A DNA stretch of 64,000 bases from Candidatus Shapirobacteria bacterium (lineage in GTDB: Bacteria > Patescibacteriota > Microgenomatia > UBA12405): contig JBAZML010000003.1 of NCBI GenBank assembly GCA_041649835.1, positions 1,451-65,450 of the forward strand. Direction: 5' to 3'. The translations under genes were made by a program, and so were the position numbers. Below the pieces are notes generated by a model. That model was not told the origin of the DNA. It did not search any database and saw nothing but the letters and a program-made list of their open reading frames with translations. Shown one piece after another: positions 10,031-20,859 of the stretch; the first letter of the stretch is position 1; every line of letters starts with the position of its first letter.

Positions 10031-10789
10031 TTATCCATTTTTTATTGCTTTAATTGCTAAAAACAGAGGGAATTCTGCCCTCGCCTTGTCTTCTATTTTA
10101 GCCTTTCCACCTTCAGATTTCTTGTCCGAAATCCATTCTTCCATTTTTTCGATACAAAATCCGTTATTAAATAGCATTTCACTAAACGCCGAAATGGGAT
10201 AATGATAACTAAAAGAAATTTGGTTATCTCTTTTATCAAAAGGGCTTGATTCTATGGGAATTTCCATTGGTGACATGTATGAATCCTCAGTTCTAATTTG
10301 AACGTTCTCCTTAACTTCCCAGTCACTGTGTTTGGGAATTCTAAAAGCGGGATGGTTAATTACCAGCACCAATTCTCCATCGGTTTTTAACAATTTTGCA
10401 AAGTTTTTAATCGCTCCAAAAGGTTTTTTAACATTTTGTAGGGCCAAAATCATCGCCCCTTTATCAAAAGTTCCATATATTTTTAACTCTTTGCATACAT
10501 CATCAACAAGATAACTATGTTTTTTATTTTTATCAAGATTTTTAGCCTCTTTAATTAGGTCAACCGACAAATCAACTCCAACATATTCATTTTCAATTTT
10601 ACGAGCCAAAACTCCCTGTCCACATCCAAAATCAATCACTTTTTCACCAGGCTTTAAATTCAACAATCTCAAGGTATTGGGTAAAATTACGTGTTGATGA
10701 TAATAGCTACCCTCAATTCCAACCGTCTTTTTATACCACACCCCAATATTACCTTTCCAGGCAGTTTTACTTGGGTCGTTGTTCTGCAT
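10031..10789 (-). CDS. Class I SAM-dependent methyltransferase
   Basis: Motif I VIDFGCGQGVLARK. Confidence 0.75.
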   Translation of the reverse strand: MQNNDPSKTAWKGNIGVWYKKTVGIEGSYYHQHVILPNTLRLLNLKPGEKVIDFGCGQGVLARKIENEYVGVDLSVDLIKEAKNLDKNKKHSYLVDDVCKELKIYGTFDKGAMILALQNVKKPFGAIKNFAKLLKTDGELVLVINHPAFRIPKHSDWEVKENVQIRTEDSYMSPMEIPIESSPFDKRDNQISFSYHYPISAFSEMLFNNGFCIEKMEEWISDKKSEGGKAKIEDKARAEFPLFLAIKAIKNG

Positions 10790-10805
10790 GGTTTGAGTTT
10801 ACCAT

Positions 10806-11363
10806 TTAGAGTCTACTTTCCACATCTTCCCAATTTATTATTTTCCAAAAATTATCGACGTATTGTTTTCTGTCGTTTTGGTAATCCAGATAATAAGCAT
10901 GTTCCCAAACATCTAGGACCAGTATTGGTGCCATTCCGTTTAATCCCAGTAAATTATGTTTTTCTAATTGGCCGATAGTCAAATTATTTTCTTCATCTTT
11001 CCACAAGACTGCCCAACCCGATCCCTCAACGCTGGTGGCTGCAACAGAAAACTCTTTCCAAAAATTTTCAAAACTACCAAAATTTAAATTTATTACTTCT
11101 AAAATTTTACCTTTAGGTTTATTGTTATCATCTGGTTTTTTTAAGTTAGAAAAGAAAATTTCGTGTATCTTGGCACCATTATAGTTAAAACTAAAGTCTC
11201 TCATCACTTCGCGGTTTTTTTCTGTTTTTTCTGATGCCGCATTAGCTCCATTTACATAGGCGGCATAATGTTTGTCATGATGTAACTCCATAATTTTACG
11301 GGAAATTACGGGCTCTAAAGATTCATAGGGATAGGAAAGGGGGATTATAGTTAATTTTTTCAT
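10806..11363 (-). CDS. sodA: Fe/Mn superoxide dismutase
   Basis: HHDKHYAAYVNGANAA and DVWEHAYYLDYQNDR are signature motifs of the SodA/SodB family. Confidence 0.9.
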   Translation of the reverse strand: MKKLTIIPLSYPYESLEPVISRKIMELHHDKHYAAYVNGANAASEKTEKNREVMRDFSFNYNGAKIHEIFFSNLKKPDDNNKPKGKILEVINLNFGSFENFWKEFSVAATSVEGSGWAVLWKDEENNLTIGQLEKHNLLGLNGMAPILVLDVWEHAYYLDYQNDRKQYVDNFWKIINWEDVESRL

Positions 11364-11420
11364 ACTACTACCATTGTAGTACGAGTTATTGTGTCATGTC
11401 AAATGGTAAAATATGGCAAT

Positions 11421-12119
11421 ATGAAAACAACAATCAAGTTATTTCTCATCCTTGTTTTAATTTTAGTTGTAGCTCCATTTTTTTTATACAAATATATTCT
11501 CTCTGGTTCTCCAAAAGATTTAGGTGTCAAATACAATCCCGAAGACTATACCCAATCCCACCAAAAAATGGGTATAGAAGTGGGTTCGATCCCCAATCCC
11601 TTATCCGATAACTCAAAAGATTCAATTCAATTTACCGGTAAAAAAGATATCAACATTTCACTTTCATCATCCGAAGCTACCGCTTATTCTCGTGCTGACA
11701 AATGGAAATACGCCCCCATATCCAATCTTCAAATAAAAATTAATTCTGATGGTACGGGAGAAGTATCCGGTGTTTTAAATTTAGCCAATATTTTACCCTT
11801 TATTTCCATGACTACTCCAGTTGAAGAAGTTCAAAAGGCCATCGACAAATTCCACATTTCCGGGAATCCGCCCTTTTATACCAAGGGTACAGTTACTGTT
11901 ACTAATAACAATACTAATTTTAATATTCAATCTTTGGAAATTGGTCACATTCCGGTACCTCAAAATTACGTCTCTGATAATACGGAGGCTTTAAATAAAT
12001 TTGTTACCGAGCGTCTCAATTCCATTCCCAATCTTCAGGTTCGTTCACTGACTCTGACGGATGGTAAAGTCAATATCGATGCTACCGTTCCAGAAAAAGT
12101 AGTTAAAATAGAAAAATAA
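11421..12119 (+). CDS. Hypothetical secreted/membrane-anchored protein
   Basis: Start at MKTTIKLFLILVLILVVAPFF (signal/anchor). No recognised domain. Confidence 0.4.
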   Translation: MKTTIKLFLILVLILVVAPFFLYKYILSGSPKDLGVKYNPEDYTQSHQKMGIEVGSIPNPLSDNSKDSIQFTGKKDINISLSSSEATAYSRADKWKYAPISNLQIKINSDGTGEVSGVLNLANILPFISMTTPVEEVQKAIDKFHISGNPPFYTKGTVTVTNNNTNFNIQSLEIGHIPVPQNYVSDNTEALNKFVTERLNSIPNLQVRSLTLTDGKVNIDATVPEKVVKIEK

Positions 12120-12121
12120 AA

Positions 12122-13099
12122 ATGACCACAGTTAAATATCTTCAAAACAAATCAAAACTTGAGAATACTTCACTAAATGTTTTTAAATCATTTTATCCCG
12201 AAAATCAGGAAATTCTAATCAAAATTCATTTTGGTGAACCACACAACCTAAATGCTTTTACTCCAGAAGATATTTCTCCAATTATCTCTGCACTAAAAAG
12301 TCTTGGTCTACGTCCCACTCTCATTGACACTCCCGTTGCCTACGATTCCCTTCGTCACACCGTTTCCGGATATGAACAAGTGGTTCACGAAAAAGGTTTT
12401 GACAAACTTGCTCCCTGTATAATTTCTGATCATTTTATTGAAATAAAAACAAAAAACTTTACAGCCAAGGTTTGTAAAGAATTAGTTGATGCCAAAAACC
12501 TTTTAGTTATTTCTCATTTCAAAGGTCATGCCTGCTGTGGCTTTGGTGGTGCTATTAAAAACTTTGGTATGGGGGGATTAATGATTGAGTCAAAGCAAAC
12601 TATTCATAACGGTTCCAAACCAATTTTCCATCCTGAAGCCTGTACTGGTTGCGGTACCTGTGCTCGTCTTTGTCCGAGTCACGCGATTACAATGGTTGAC
12701 AACCGTCCCGTAGTTAATTTAGAGGCTTGTCTTGGTTGTTCTCTTTGTGAATTGAACTGTCCTACTAAATCTCTTGTCCCCACTACTGCCATCTTTGACG
12801 ATCTCCTCGCTCAAGGCGCTGCTGCTTGTATAAATAACTTACCTAAAAAATCATATTATCTAACCTTTGTTAATAAAATTGCTCGTGAGTGCGATTGTTG
12901 GGATCAAACATGGGATTTACTTGCACCTGACAAAGGAATTTTATTTTCAGACAATCCTTTAGCTATTGATCAGGCCAGTCTCGATTTAGTTGGTGCTGAA
13001 ATATTTAAGAAAGCACATCATCGTGATCCTACTGCTCAGATAAAATACTCCCAAGAATACACCAAATTTACTGCTGATTATCAGTTAGAAAATATATGA
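12122..13099 (+). CDS. DUF362-family protein with a 2x[4Fe-4S] ferredoxin domain
   Basis: Two CxxCxxCxxxCP motifs: CTGCGTCARLCP and CLGCSLCELNCP. N-terminal DUF362-like region. Confidence 0.65.
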   Translation: MTTVKYLQNKSKLENTSLNVFKSFYPENQEILIKIHFGEPHNLNAFTPEDISPIISALKSLGLRPTLIDTPVAYDSLRHTVSGYEQVVHEKGFDKLAPCIISDHFIEIKTKNFTAKVCKELVDAKNLLVISHFKGHACCGFGGAIKNFGMGGLMIESKQTIHNGSKPIFHPEACTGCGTCARLCPSHAITMVDNRPVVNLEACLGCSLCELNCPTKSLVPTTAIFDDLLAQGAAACINNLPKKSYYLTFVNKIARECDCWDQTWDLLAPDKGILFSDNPLAIDQASLDLVGAEIFKKAHHRDPTAQIKYSQEYTKFTADYQLENI

Positions 13100-14037
13100 A
13101 AATATATTGTACCGTCGGACACGAATGTTTTACTCCGAGCCAAAAATCTGAGCTAGAAAAACTAGGAGAAGTTACTTATATAGAGGAAATTAGAATAGAT
13201 GAGGATAAGTATATTAGTTTGGTAAAAGATGCCGAGATAATAATTGCCGCCCCTGAGTCAATGGCAAAACTATCTGAAAAAATACTTTCATCTCTACCAA
13301 ATTTAAAATTTATTACCCTTATAACCGTTGGTTTTAATTGGGTGGACCAGAATGCTGCCCAAAAACTAAACATTCCTATCAGTAATGTCAAAGGAGCCAA
13401 TTCAGAATCGGTTGCCGAGCATATTTGGGGTATGATATTAGATTTATCAAAAAGGATTTCCGAATTTGATCGTGATATTAGAAATGATGGGGCTTTTGAG
13501 TTTTCAAAATACAAAGGTCATGAACTTTATGGAAAAACTTTAGGTCTAATAGGTACTGGCGACATAGGTTCAAAAGTTGCCCGCATTGCCCAGGCTTTCG
13601 ACATGAGAATTTTAGGTTTTAATAAAAATAATAGGCCTATCGATGGGGTCGAAATGGTTGATTTAAACACCCTCCTTTCTCAAAGCGACATTGTTAATAT
13701 CTCCATACCTTTAAACGATTCAACTCAATCATTTATTTCGAGTCAACAAATTAAATTAATGAAAGATAAGGCGATATTAATTAACTGTGCGAGAGAAAAA
13801 TTAGTAAATAAAGAAGCCGTTATATCGTTTATTAAAAGCGGTAAATTGGGAGGCTATGGTGTTGAAACTCCTATTATGACTCCAATTCCGAGAGATGATG
13901 AGTATCTCAAGTATTCAAACATTATTATAAACGTTCATAACGCGTTTAATACGGTAGAATCAGATGAAAAATGTTATGGCTTAGCGGTTGAAAATATAAA
14001 AAATTATTTATTAGATAATCCAAAAAATTTAATCTAA
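13096..14037 (+). CDS. D-isomer-specific 2-hydroxyacid dehydrogenase (NAD-binding)
   Basis: Rossmann motif GLIGTGDIGSKVARIA, catalytic-domain layout of the SerA/GhrA-like family, ATGA overlap with the upstream gene. Confidence 0.8.
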   Translation: MKIYCTVGHECFTPSQKSELEKLGEVTYIEEIRIDEDKYISLVKDAEIIIAAPESMAKLSEKILSSLPNLKFITLITVGFNWVDQNAAQKLNIPISNVKGANSESVAEHIWGMILDLSKRISEFDRDIRNDGAFEFSKYKGHELYGKTLGLIGTGDIGSKVARIAQAFDMRILGFNKNNRPIDGVEMVDLNTLLSQSDIVNISIPLNDSTQSFISSQQIKLMKDKAILINCAREKLVNKEAVISFIKSGKLGGYGVETPIMTPIPRDDEYLKYSNIIINVHNAFNTVESDEKCYGLAVENIKNYLLDNPKNLI

Positions 14038-15500
14038 TGACCAAAAAATTCACCATTCTTCACAGTAACGACATGCACGGCGATTTTTTAGCTGAAATTG
14101 GTGGTAAGCCGGGACAAACCATTGGTGGTTTAGCCCTACTTTCTGCCTACATAAATAAAGTCCGGACCGAAGAAGAAAATGTTTTGTATGTTATTAGTGG
14201 TGACATGGTTCAGGGTTCCTTGATTGATACTGAGTACAAGGGGATTTCTACAATTGAAATTATGAATTATCTTTCTCCTGATGTAGTGGCTCTCGGTAAT
14301 CATGAATTTGATTATGGTTTACCCCATCTTTTATTCTTGGAAAAAATGGCCAATTTTCCAATCGTTAATGCCAATCTTTACGTCAAAAACTATCATCGAC
14401 GTCTGATGAATCCATATAAAATTATCAAAAAGGCTGGATTTGAAATATTGTTTACCGGTATTATTACCGAAAAAGTAATTGACTCAATTTCTCAGGACAA
14501 ATTGATTGGTTCTTTTGTTAATCTCGAAGAAGCCAGTGGAGAAGTTGGCAAAATTTGTAATGCTTACAAGAATGATGACATTGATTTAACTGTCCTTTTA
14601 ACTCATATCGGTTTTGATTCCGACAAAGAGTTAGCCTCTATGTTAAAACCGGAATGGGGAGTCGATATAATTATTGGTGGTCATTCTCATACTGTTTTAG
14701 AAAAGCCTGAAATTGTTAATAATATTTTAATCACCCAGGCTGGCACTTCCACCAACCAGATTGGTCGTTTTGATATTGTTGTTGATGATGACACCAACAG
14801 TATTATTGAGTCAAAATGGCAGTTGATTCCGATTACTAGTGATATTGTGGCTCCGGACCAGCAATTACTCAAATTTATTGAAGGCTTCAAAACTGAGGTC
14901 GATGCTAAGTACAGTGCCATCCTCACTAAATTCTCTGAAAAATTAACTCATCCATTTCGGGAAATCGAAACCTCTCTTGGTAATTTGTTTGCTGATGCTT
15001 TTGCTGACGCTGCTCTGTGTGATGTCGCTTTAGTTGGTAGTGGTTCCCTTCGGGTCAAAGAAATGGGTCCAGTAATAACTCTTAATGATTTAATGTCATG
15101 TTTCCCTTATAACGATTCTCTGACAAAATTTACTGTCACCGGCATTCAACTAAAAAATATTTTTTCATATATTATGCGTCCTGAGAACAGAAACAATGAG
15201 GGGGAGTGTTATCAGGTATCTTCCAAGGTCCGCGCCATATACAACGACAAAAAAGAAGTATTAGAATCACTAACAATAGACAAATTATCCATTAATGAAC
15301 AAAAAAATTATACTGTATGTTTACAGGGTTATCACTTTCATAATTGTCAAACATATCTTAATATTTCCGAAGCAGAGTTAATCTCTATTACTCCTCCAAA
15401 AGTTGTCTCAACGTCAGCTCAAGATGTCATAATTGAATATCTTCGTGGTCATCAAAATTTAGTCTCCAAAGTTGAGGGGCGTTTGGTATATCACCAGTAA
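14037..15500 (+). CDS. Bifunctional metallophosphatase/5'-nucleotidase (UshA-like)
   Basis: Calcineurin-like motifs HSNDMHGD, GNHEFDYG and GGHSHT, plus a C-terminal 5'-nucleotidase domain. Confidence 0.8.
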   Translation: MTKKFTILHSNDMHGDFLAEIGGKPGQTIGGLALLSAYINKVRTEEENVLYVISGDMVQGSLIDTEYKGISTIEIMNYLSPDVVALGNHEFDYGLPHLLFLEKMANFPIVNANLYVKNYHRRLMNPYKIIKKAGFEILFTGIITEKVIDSISQDKLIGSFVNLEEASGEVGKICNAYKNDDIDLTVLLTHIGFDSDKELASMLKPEWGVDIIIGGHSHTVLEKPEIVNNILITQAGTSTNQIGRFDIVVDDDTNSIIESKWQLIPITSDIVAPDQQLLKFIEGFKTEVDAKYSAILTKFSEKLTHPFREIETSLGNLFADAFADAALCDVALVGSGSLRVKEMGPVITLNDLMSCFPYNDSLTKFTVTGIQLKNIFSYIMRPENRNNEGECYQVSSKVRAIYNDKKEVLESLTIDKLSINEQKNYTVCLQGYHFHNCQTYLNISEAELISITPPKVVSTSAQDVIIEYLRGHQNLVSKVEGRLVYHQ

Positions 15501-15515
15501 TAACCAAAACCAGAC

Positions 15516-16376
15516 ATGCCATCTTCTTCAAAGACAAAAAACAATCAATTCTTTCTCGGACTACTTTCAATTACCATATTTCTTTCAATAATTTTATTAA
15601 TAAATATCTTATTTCAATTTTCTCACTACCATCCTCCATTTATTTCCAAACCGATTGTTTTTGTCCCAGTCACAAAATTACCATTTATTTCTCAAATTAG
15701 TCATGGCTCTCGCGATATAAATAAAATTGCTTTAACCTTTGATGCCGACATGACTCCATTGATGAAAAAAGAATTTTCTGATGGAAAAATAAAATCTTTG
15801 TACAATCAAAAAATCGTTGAGATATTAATTCAAAAAAATATTCCAGCCACCATATTTATTACTGGTATGTGGGCCGAAACATATCCCGGAATAGCTTCTT
15901 CATTGGCCAAAAATTCTTTATTTGAAATTGCCAATCACAGTTATTCTCATCCTCGTTTTACTCCGACATGTTCTGCTTTACCTTCAATTCCCCTGTGGGG
16001 TAAAAAGGGTGAATTTGAAAAGTCACAAGCAATCATAAAAGAAATTACCGGGACTATTCCAAAATATTTTCGTTTTCCCGGTGGTTGTAGTTCTGACTCA
16101 GACATCAAATTAGCCAATAAATATGGCTTAACAGTTGTCGGTTGGGATGTTGCCTCCGGTGATTCCTACAATGATAATCCCAAAGCTATAGTTAATACCG
16201 TCAAAACAAAAACTCAAAATGGTTCTATTATTTTATTCCATTTCGATGGCGGTGAAAATTCACCTTCAACTAGCGATGTATTATCGGAGTTAATTGATTA
16301 TCTCCAAGGAAAAGGTTTTACCTTCGTTACGCTTACTGACCTTCTTTTTTCTTTGGTAGAAGTTGAATCACAATAA
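15516..16376 (+). CDS. Polysaccharide deacetylase (NodB homology domain)
   Basis: NodB motifs TFDADMTP and ANHSYSHP. N-terminal TM helix. Confidence 0.8.
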   Translation: MPSSSKTKNNQFFLGLLSITIFLSIILLINILFQFSHYHPPFISKPIVFVPVTKLPFISQISHGSRDINKIALTFDADMTPLMKKEFSDGKIKSLYNQKIVEILIQKNIPATIFITGMWAETYPGIASSLAKNSLFEIANHSYSHPRFTPTCSALPSIPLWGKKGEFEKSQAIIKEITGTIPKYFRFPGGCSSDSDIKLANKYGLTVVGWDVASGDSYNDNPKAIVNTVKTKTQNGSIILFHFDGGENSPSTSDVLSELIDYLQGKGFTFVTLTDLLFSLVEVESQ

Positions 16377-16812
16377 TTAGTGCCAATAGTCCAACTGTTA
16401 TTCCCATGAATATCGTTTTTAAATCTAGTTTATTTTCAGCCTTTTCTTCTGTTTTGATTATCCCACTAGTCGGTTCAATTGTTAATTCCGGTGAAATAAC
16501 CGGAGTTGTTGATAATTCAGTTTTAACAGTTGGTTCCGGAGAAACTACTGGAGTTATCTTAGTATCACTCTCTTCTTTAATAGTTGGTACTGGAGTTGCT
16601 GTCGCCTTAATTTGTATGGTGGGTATAATTTTAAAATCGATATTTGGATCAATCTGTTTAAAAACCAACGGAGTTGGAGTTGCAGTGGGCATTATGGTTA
16701 TCATTAGTTTAATATCATCCCTGGGTTGCAGGGGTACCAATGCCATTGTTGTATTAGAAAATAAAAATGTCAAAACGACAAATATAGCGATTTGAACTAT
16801 TGTGTTTTTCAT
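16333..16812 (-). CDS. Pro/Thr-rich repetitive surface protein with N-terminal signal and C-terminal TM anchor
   Basis: Signal peptide. Imperfect TPVVSPEPTV / TPVISPELTI repeats. C-terminal hydrophobic segment followed by a KKKEGQ tail. Confidence 0.4.
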   Translation of the reverse strand: MKNTIVQIAIFVVLTFLFSNTTMALVPLQPRDDIKLMITIMPTATPTPLVFKQIDPNIDFKIIPTIQIKATATPVPTIKEESDTKITPVVSPEPTVKTELSTTPVISPELTIEPTSGIIKTEEKAENKLDLKTIFMGITVGLLALIIVIQLLPKKKEGQ

Positions 16813-16862
16813 TACCTATATTATATCTCCTTTGTCAAATAATAATCAAAAATGGGGTATAA

Positions 16863-17630
16863 TTGGCTGTGATTTTAATCAAAACCCCCGTTCAAATCAA
16901 AGGAATTCGTGCTTCTTCTCAACTAGCCGCCGCTACCTTAAAATATGCCGCTTCTTTTATTAAACCCGGTATTTCTACAGATTTTATAAACGAAAAAGCC
17001 CACGATTACATCATTGCTCATCAGGCTATACCTGCACCACTGAATTACAATGGTTATCCCAAAAGTATTTGTACTTCAATAAATGATGTTGTCTGTCATG
17101 GGATTCCCTCAAAAACCGAAATCTTAAGAGAAGGTGATATCGTTAACATCGACATTACTACAATTTTGGATGGCTACTATGGTGATACGTCTGCCTCTTA
17201 CCCAGTTGGAAAAATTAGTCAGGATGCTAGAGCCCTTATCGACCGTACCAAAACTGCGATGGATTTGGCCATAAAATCGGTCAAAGCCGATAAATATTTA
17301 AACGAATGTGTTGGCATGACAATAGAAAATTATGTTTCTTCTTTCGACTATTCACCGGTCAGGGATCTTGGTGGTCACGGTGTTGGTATAAAATTCCATG
17401 AAGACCCCTTTGTTTTTCACCACAATACTCCCAGAAACCACATTTTGCTAAAAGCAGGTATGATTTTTACCATTGAACCAATGATTAATGCCAGTCAAAA
17501 TTGGCGGGTTTATATGGATGCAGATGATGGTTGGACCATTCGGACCCGTGACGGTTCTCTGTCCGCTCAATTTGAACACACCATTTTAGTTACCCAAAAT
17601 GGAAGTGAAATTTTAACCGTGTTACCATAA
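16863..17630 (+). CDS. map: Methionine aminopeptidase type I
   Basis: VCHGIP, DIVNIDIT, and the metal-ligand pattern of M24A peptidases. Confidence 0.9.
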   Translation: MAVILIKTPVQIKGIRASSQLAAATLKYAASFIKPGISTDFINEKAHDYIIAHQAIPAPLNYNGYPKSICTSINDVVCHGIPSKTEILREGDIVNIDITTILDGYYGDTSASYPVGKISQDARALIDRTKTAMDLAIKSVKADKYLNECVGMTIENYVSSFDYSPVRDLGGHGVGIKFHEDPFVFHHNTPRNHILLKAGMIFTIEPMINASQNWRVYMDADDGWTIRTRDGSLSAQFEHTILVTQNGSEILTVLP

Positions 17631-17633
17631 ATT

Positions 17634-18437
17634 ATGATTCTTTTAGACGGAAAAATTCTTGCTCAAAATATACTGTTGGAATTAAAAGAAAAAATCTCCA
17701 AACTTTCACAACCCATCAATTTGGATATTGTTTTAGTTGGCAACGATCCTTCTTCGATAAAATATGTTGAAATAAAACAAAAAAAGGCTTCTGAAATCGG
17801 TATTGGTGGTCAACTTTATCATTTGCCCGAAACTACCTCCGTTGAAGAAATTTCAGAATTAATTTCTGCACTTAATCAAAATCCAAAAACATCTTCGTTT
17901 TTTATTCAGTTACCTGTTCCAGGTATTGTTGATACTTCACCTTTACTAAATCAAATTTTATCAAGCAAAGATGCCGATGGTCTTACTTCTATAAATCTTG
18001 GTCTTCTTTTTCAACAAAATTCAACTGCTATTGCTCCAGCCACAGCTATTGGTATTTTGGACTTATTGGATAGTTACGAAATTAATTCTGAAAGTAAAAA
18101 TGTTGTTGTGATTAATGACAGTCCCATTGTCGGGTTACCGCTATTAGCTCTTTTTAATGCTCGTCATGCCACCGTAACTTTATGTCATCGTCACACTCAA
18201 AATTTATCAATGGTAACCAAAGAGGCAGACATATTAATTTCAGCTACCGGTGTCAAAAATCTGGTTACCGGTGATATGGTTAAAGATGGCGTCATTATAG
18301 TTGACGTTGGTGGTGGAGATGTCGATTTTGAAAATGTATCAAATAAATCAGCTTTTATTACTCCCACATTTGGTGGAGTTGGACCGATGACAGTTGCATC
18401 CCTATTGAAAAATGCCTATCTTCTGGCCACTCGATAG
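17634..18437 (+). CDS. folD: Methylenetetrahydrofolate dehydrogenase/cyclohydrolase
   Basis: LVGNDPSSIKYV motif and NAD(P)-binding C-terminal domain. Confidence 0.85.
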   Translation: MILLDGKILAQNILLELKEKISKLSQPINLDIVLVGNDPSSIKYVEIKQKKASEIGIGGQLYHLPETTSVEEISELISALNQNPKTSSFFIQLPVPGIVDTSPLLNQILSSKDADGLTSINLGLLFQQNSTAIAPATAIGILDLLDSYEINSESKNVVVINDSPIVGLPLLALFNARHATVTLCHRHTQNLSMVTKEADILISATGVKNLVTGDMVKDGVIIVDVGGGDVDFENVSNKSAFITPTFGGVGPMTVASLLKNAYLLATR

Positions 18438-18438
18438 T

Positions 18439-19161
18439 CTATTTGTGAAATCCCTCAATACAATCTTTATTTTTTTTCATAACGAAAACTTTTCCCGTTT
18501 CTTCCGACTTAATTATCTCGATAAATTTTTTGGAAATTTCTCTTGGATCAATTGATTCATCAATATATTGTGGAAAAAATCTACGATAACTTTCTGTGGC
18601 TGTATCAGATGGTGACACACAATTTATTTTAATATTTTTTTCTTTTAATTCGTCGGCCAATCCGACAGTAAAATCTTCAATGGCTCTTTTGGAAACGTAA
18701 TAGGGGAGCCAGCCCTTACCGCCGTCTTCAAATGTACCGGACAAATTTATAATGTCACTTCCACTTTTCATTAGAGGTAGTAATTTATTAACCAAAATCA
18801 TTGGGGCTACTATTCCGACATTCATTGTTTCTACTATTGTGTTATTTTCGAAATTAGAATATTCCACTCCGGCAAACACCTTGTCTTTTCCATGCCAAAT
18901 TCCGGCAATATTAGCTATCAAATCAATTTGATTAAAATGATTTTTAATTTTTTCTGCCAATTCATTGATATCCATAATACTGGATAAATCACACTCAAAA
19001 ATTATTGCCATCCCACCTTCATTTTCAATTATTTTTTTTGTTTCAATTAGACCATCTAAATTTCTTCCCACTAAAGCTACTTCGTAGTTATTTTTTGACA
19101 GTTCAATGCAAACTTCACGTCCAATTCCAGTTGAAGCTCCAGTGACAATTGCATATTTCAT
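18439..19161 (-). CDS. Short-chain dehydrogenase/reductase (SDR)
   Basis: TGASTGIG cofactor-binding motif and YxxxK-compatible catalytic region. Confidence 0.85.
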   Translation of the reverse strand: MKYAIVTGASTGIGREVCIELSKNNYEVALVGRNLDGLIETKKIIENEGGMAIIFECDLSSIMDINELAEKIKNHFNQIDLIANIAGIWHGKDKVFAGVEYSNFENNTIVETMNVGIVAPMILVNKLLPLMKSGSDIINLSGTFEDGGKGWLPYYVSKRAIEDFTVGLADELKEKNIKINCVSPSDTATESYRRFFPQYIDESIDPREISKKFIEIIKSEETGKVFVMKKNKDCIEGFHK

Positions 19162-19176
19162 CGCCTCAATTATAAC

Positions 19177-20859
19177 TTAAATTCCTGTACCCTTTCTAAA
19201 TACTGCTGCCCAAGGAACATAACTACTGGTAAAAGTTTTTTGTAAAATTACTTCACCATTCCTGGTTACTGTCCAATCAAAGGCTGTTTTTAACCCCGGA
19301 ATCCTTTGCTCATCCTGAACCACTTTTCCCGCTGGCAGTGTTGGATCATCAATCCAAACATCTGGTGGTGGTGGTGCCGCCCCCCACTGTTTGTAATTAC
19401 TTATAGTGGCTTTACGGCCATCAGAAGTACCATAGATTTCATAAGCTAATTTCTTATTAACCCCATCATAGTAACTTTGAATCAGTACATAGTGTTCAGT
19501 ATCATTTACAAATTTCAAATCAGGATTTGGAATAAAAACGGTCGCATCAAAACCAGGCTTGGTATCTTCTTCATAATAGCTGACCCGATAAGCATGGGGC
19601 TGACGTTGAGTTATATCTAAACCAGCATCCAACATAGCTCTAAACAATGTTGTTGAGACCTGACAGATTCCACCCCCTACGTCCAATTCTGTTTTCCCCT
19701 GTCTAATAATATAAGCTTTTTTATAACCATTATCCAAGCTGACTTCACCTAAGTTTTTAATAAAGGAAAAAGTCTCCCCGGGCGCAACTAAAATCCGATT
19801 TACAATTGATGCTCCCTTTTCAACATTAAAGTTTCTAATAGTACTACTATGTCTGAAGCTTGAAGTTCCCCGTCCCAATAATTCTTTAATTCCCAAGTCA
19901 TTTACTTCATTATTTTTAACCTTTGCCTCTGATTTTATTAGGGGTAATTCGGCTAAAATTATTTTTTCTGTTGATATTTCCCATCCGGAAAAATCTCTCA
20001 TAATGGTGTTTTTTAATTTTTCTCCATCAAGATAATATCCTTGTTTGTCAGGTAAAAATTCTAAAACTTTTCCGTTTTCAAATTTAAAAACTGCATCTTG
20101 TGGATCCTTTTTTAAACTTTGTTGTAATGTTTCCACATATTCATTAATTTTTGTTTGCTGACTTCCATTATCAAAATCAATCCAGCTGATTAGAGTTTTG
20201 TCATCAACCTCAACACTGACGTCTCCATCTTTAAAGGTTATTTTTTTCCCAATTAATTTTTTCGTTCTCTCCAGGGCATTCTTCTTTTTATTTTCGTCGG
20301 GTAGACTACCGGTATTTTCTACCGGTATTTCAATTTCTGACTGAATGTCGTAACTTCTCAATCTTTGTAAAACAATTTCTTTTAATTTATCCTGATCGGT
20401 TCTTTTTCCCAACTGACCATCTTTTATGCTTAAATTTTTATTTAAAATGATTTCTGAAGGTATAAATGGTTTATCGATTTGGGAGGCAAACTCTACTACT
20501 ATTTGATCCAATTTTATTTCTTCAATTTCGATAGTTAGTTCAAAATCTTTGTTTTCAAAAAAAGCTTTTATATATTTACCAAATCCCTGTTTTAACCGTC
20601 GGAATAATAGGTTTGAAATTGTTTGATTTGTATCTATTTTAGCCGATATAGAGGCCAAATTGACGTAAAAAAACCTTTCTGAATCTTTTAATTTTAAGTT
20701 TCCATCCATCGGAAATTCGGTTAATAATTTTGTTTCAATTTCTTTTTTCCCCAGTAGAGAATAATCTTTACCCAGAACCGTTGTTCCTTTGCCGGTTTTA
20801 CCAAAACCAAATACCAATGGTGCCAATAGCCCCACAATTAGTATTTTTTTATTTTTCAT
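19177..20859 (-). CDS. VanW-domain protein
   Basis: Signal peptide. C-terminal GGGICQVSTTLFRAMLDAGL typical of VanW. Confidence 0.7.
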   Translation of the reverse strand: MKNKKILIVGLLAPLVFGFGKTGKGTTVLGKDYSLLGKKEIETKLLTEFPMDGNLKLKDSERFFYVNLASISAKIDTNQTISNLLFRRLKQGFGKYIKAFFENKDFELTIEIEEIKLDQIVVEFASQIDKPFIPSEIILNKNLSIKDGQLGKRTDQDKLKEIVLQRLRSYDIQSEIEIPVENTGSLPDENKKKNALERTKKLIGKKITFKDGDVSVEVDDKTLISWIDFDNGSQQTKINEYVETLQQSLKKDPQDAVFKFENGKVLEFLPDKQGYYLDGEKLKNTIMRDFSGWEISTEKIILAELPLIKSEAKVKNNEVNDLGIKELLGRGTSSFRHSSTIRNFNVEKGASIVNRILVAPGETFSFIKNLGEVSLDNGYKKAYIIRQGKTELDVGGGICQVSTTLFRAMLDAGLDITQRQPHAYRVSYYEEDTKPGFDATVFIPNPDLKFVNDTEHYVLIQSYYDGVNKKLAYEIYGTSDGRKATISNYKQWGAAPPPPDVWIDDPTLPAGKVVQDEQRIPGLKTAFDWTVTRNGEVILQKTFTSSYVPWAAVFRKGTGI

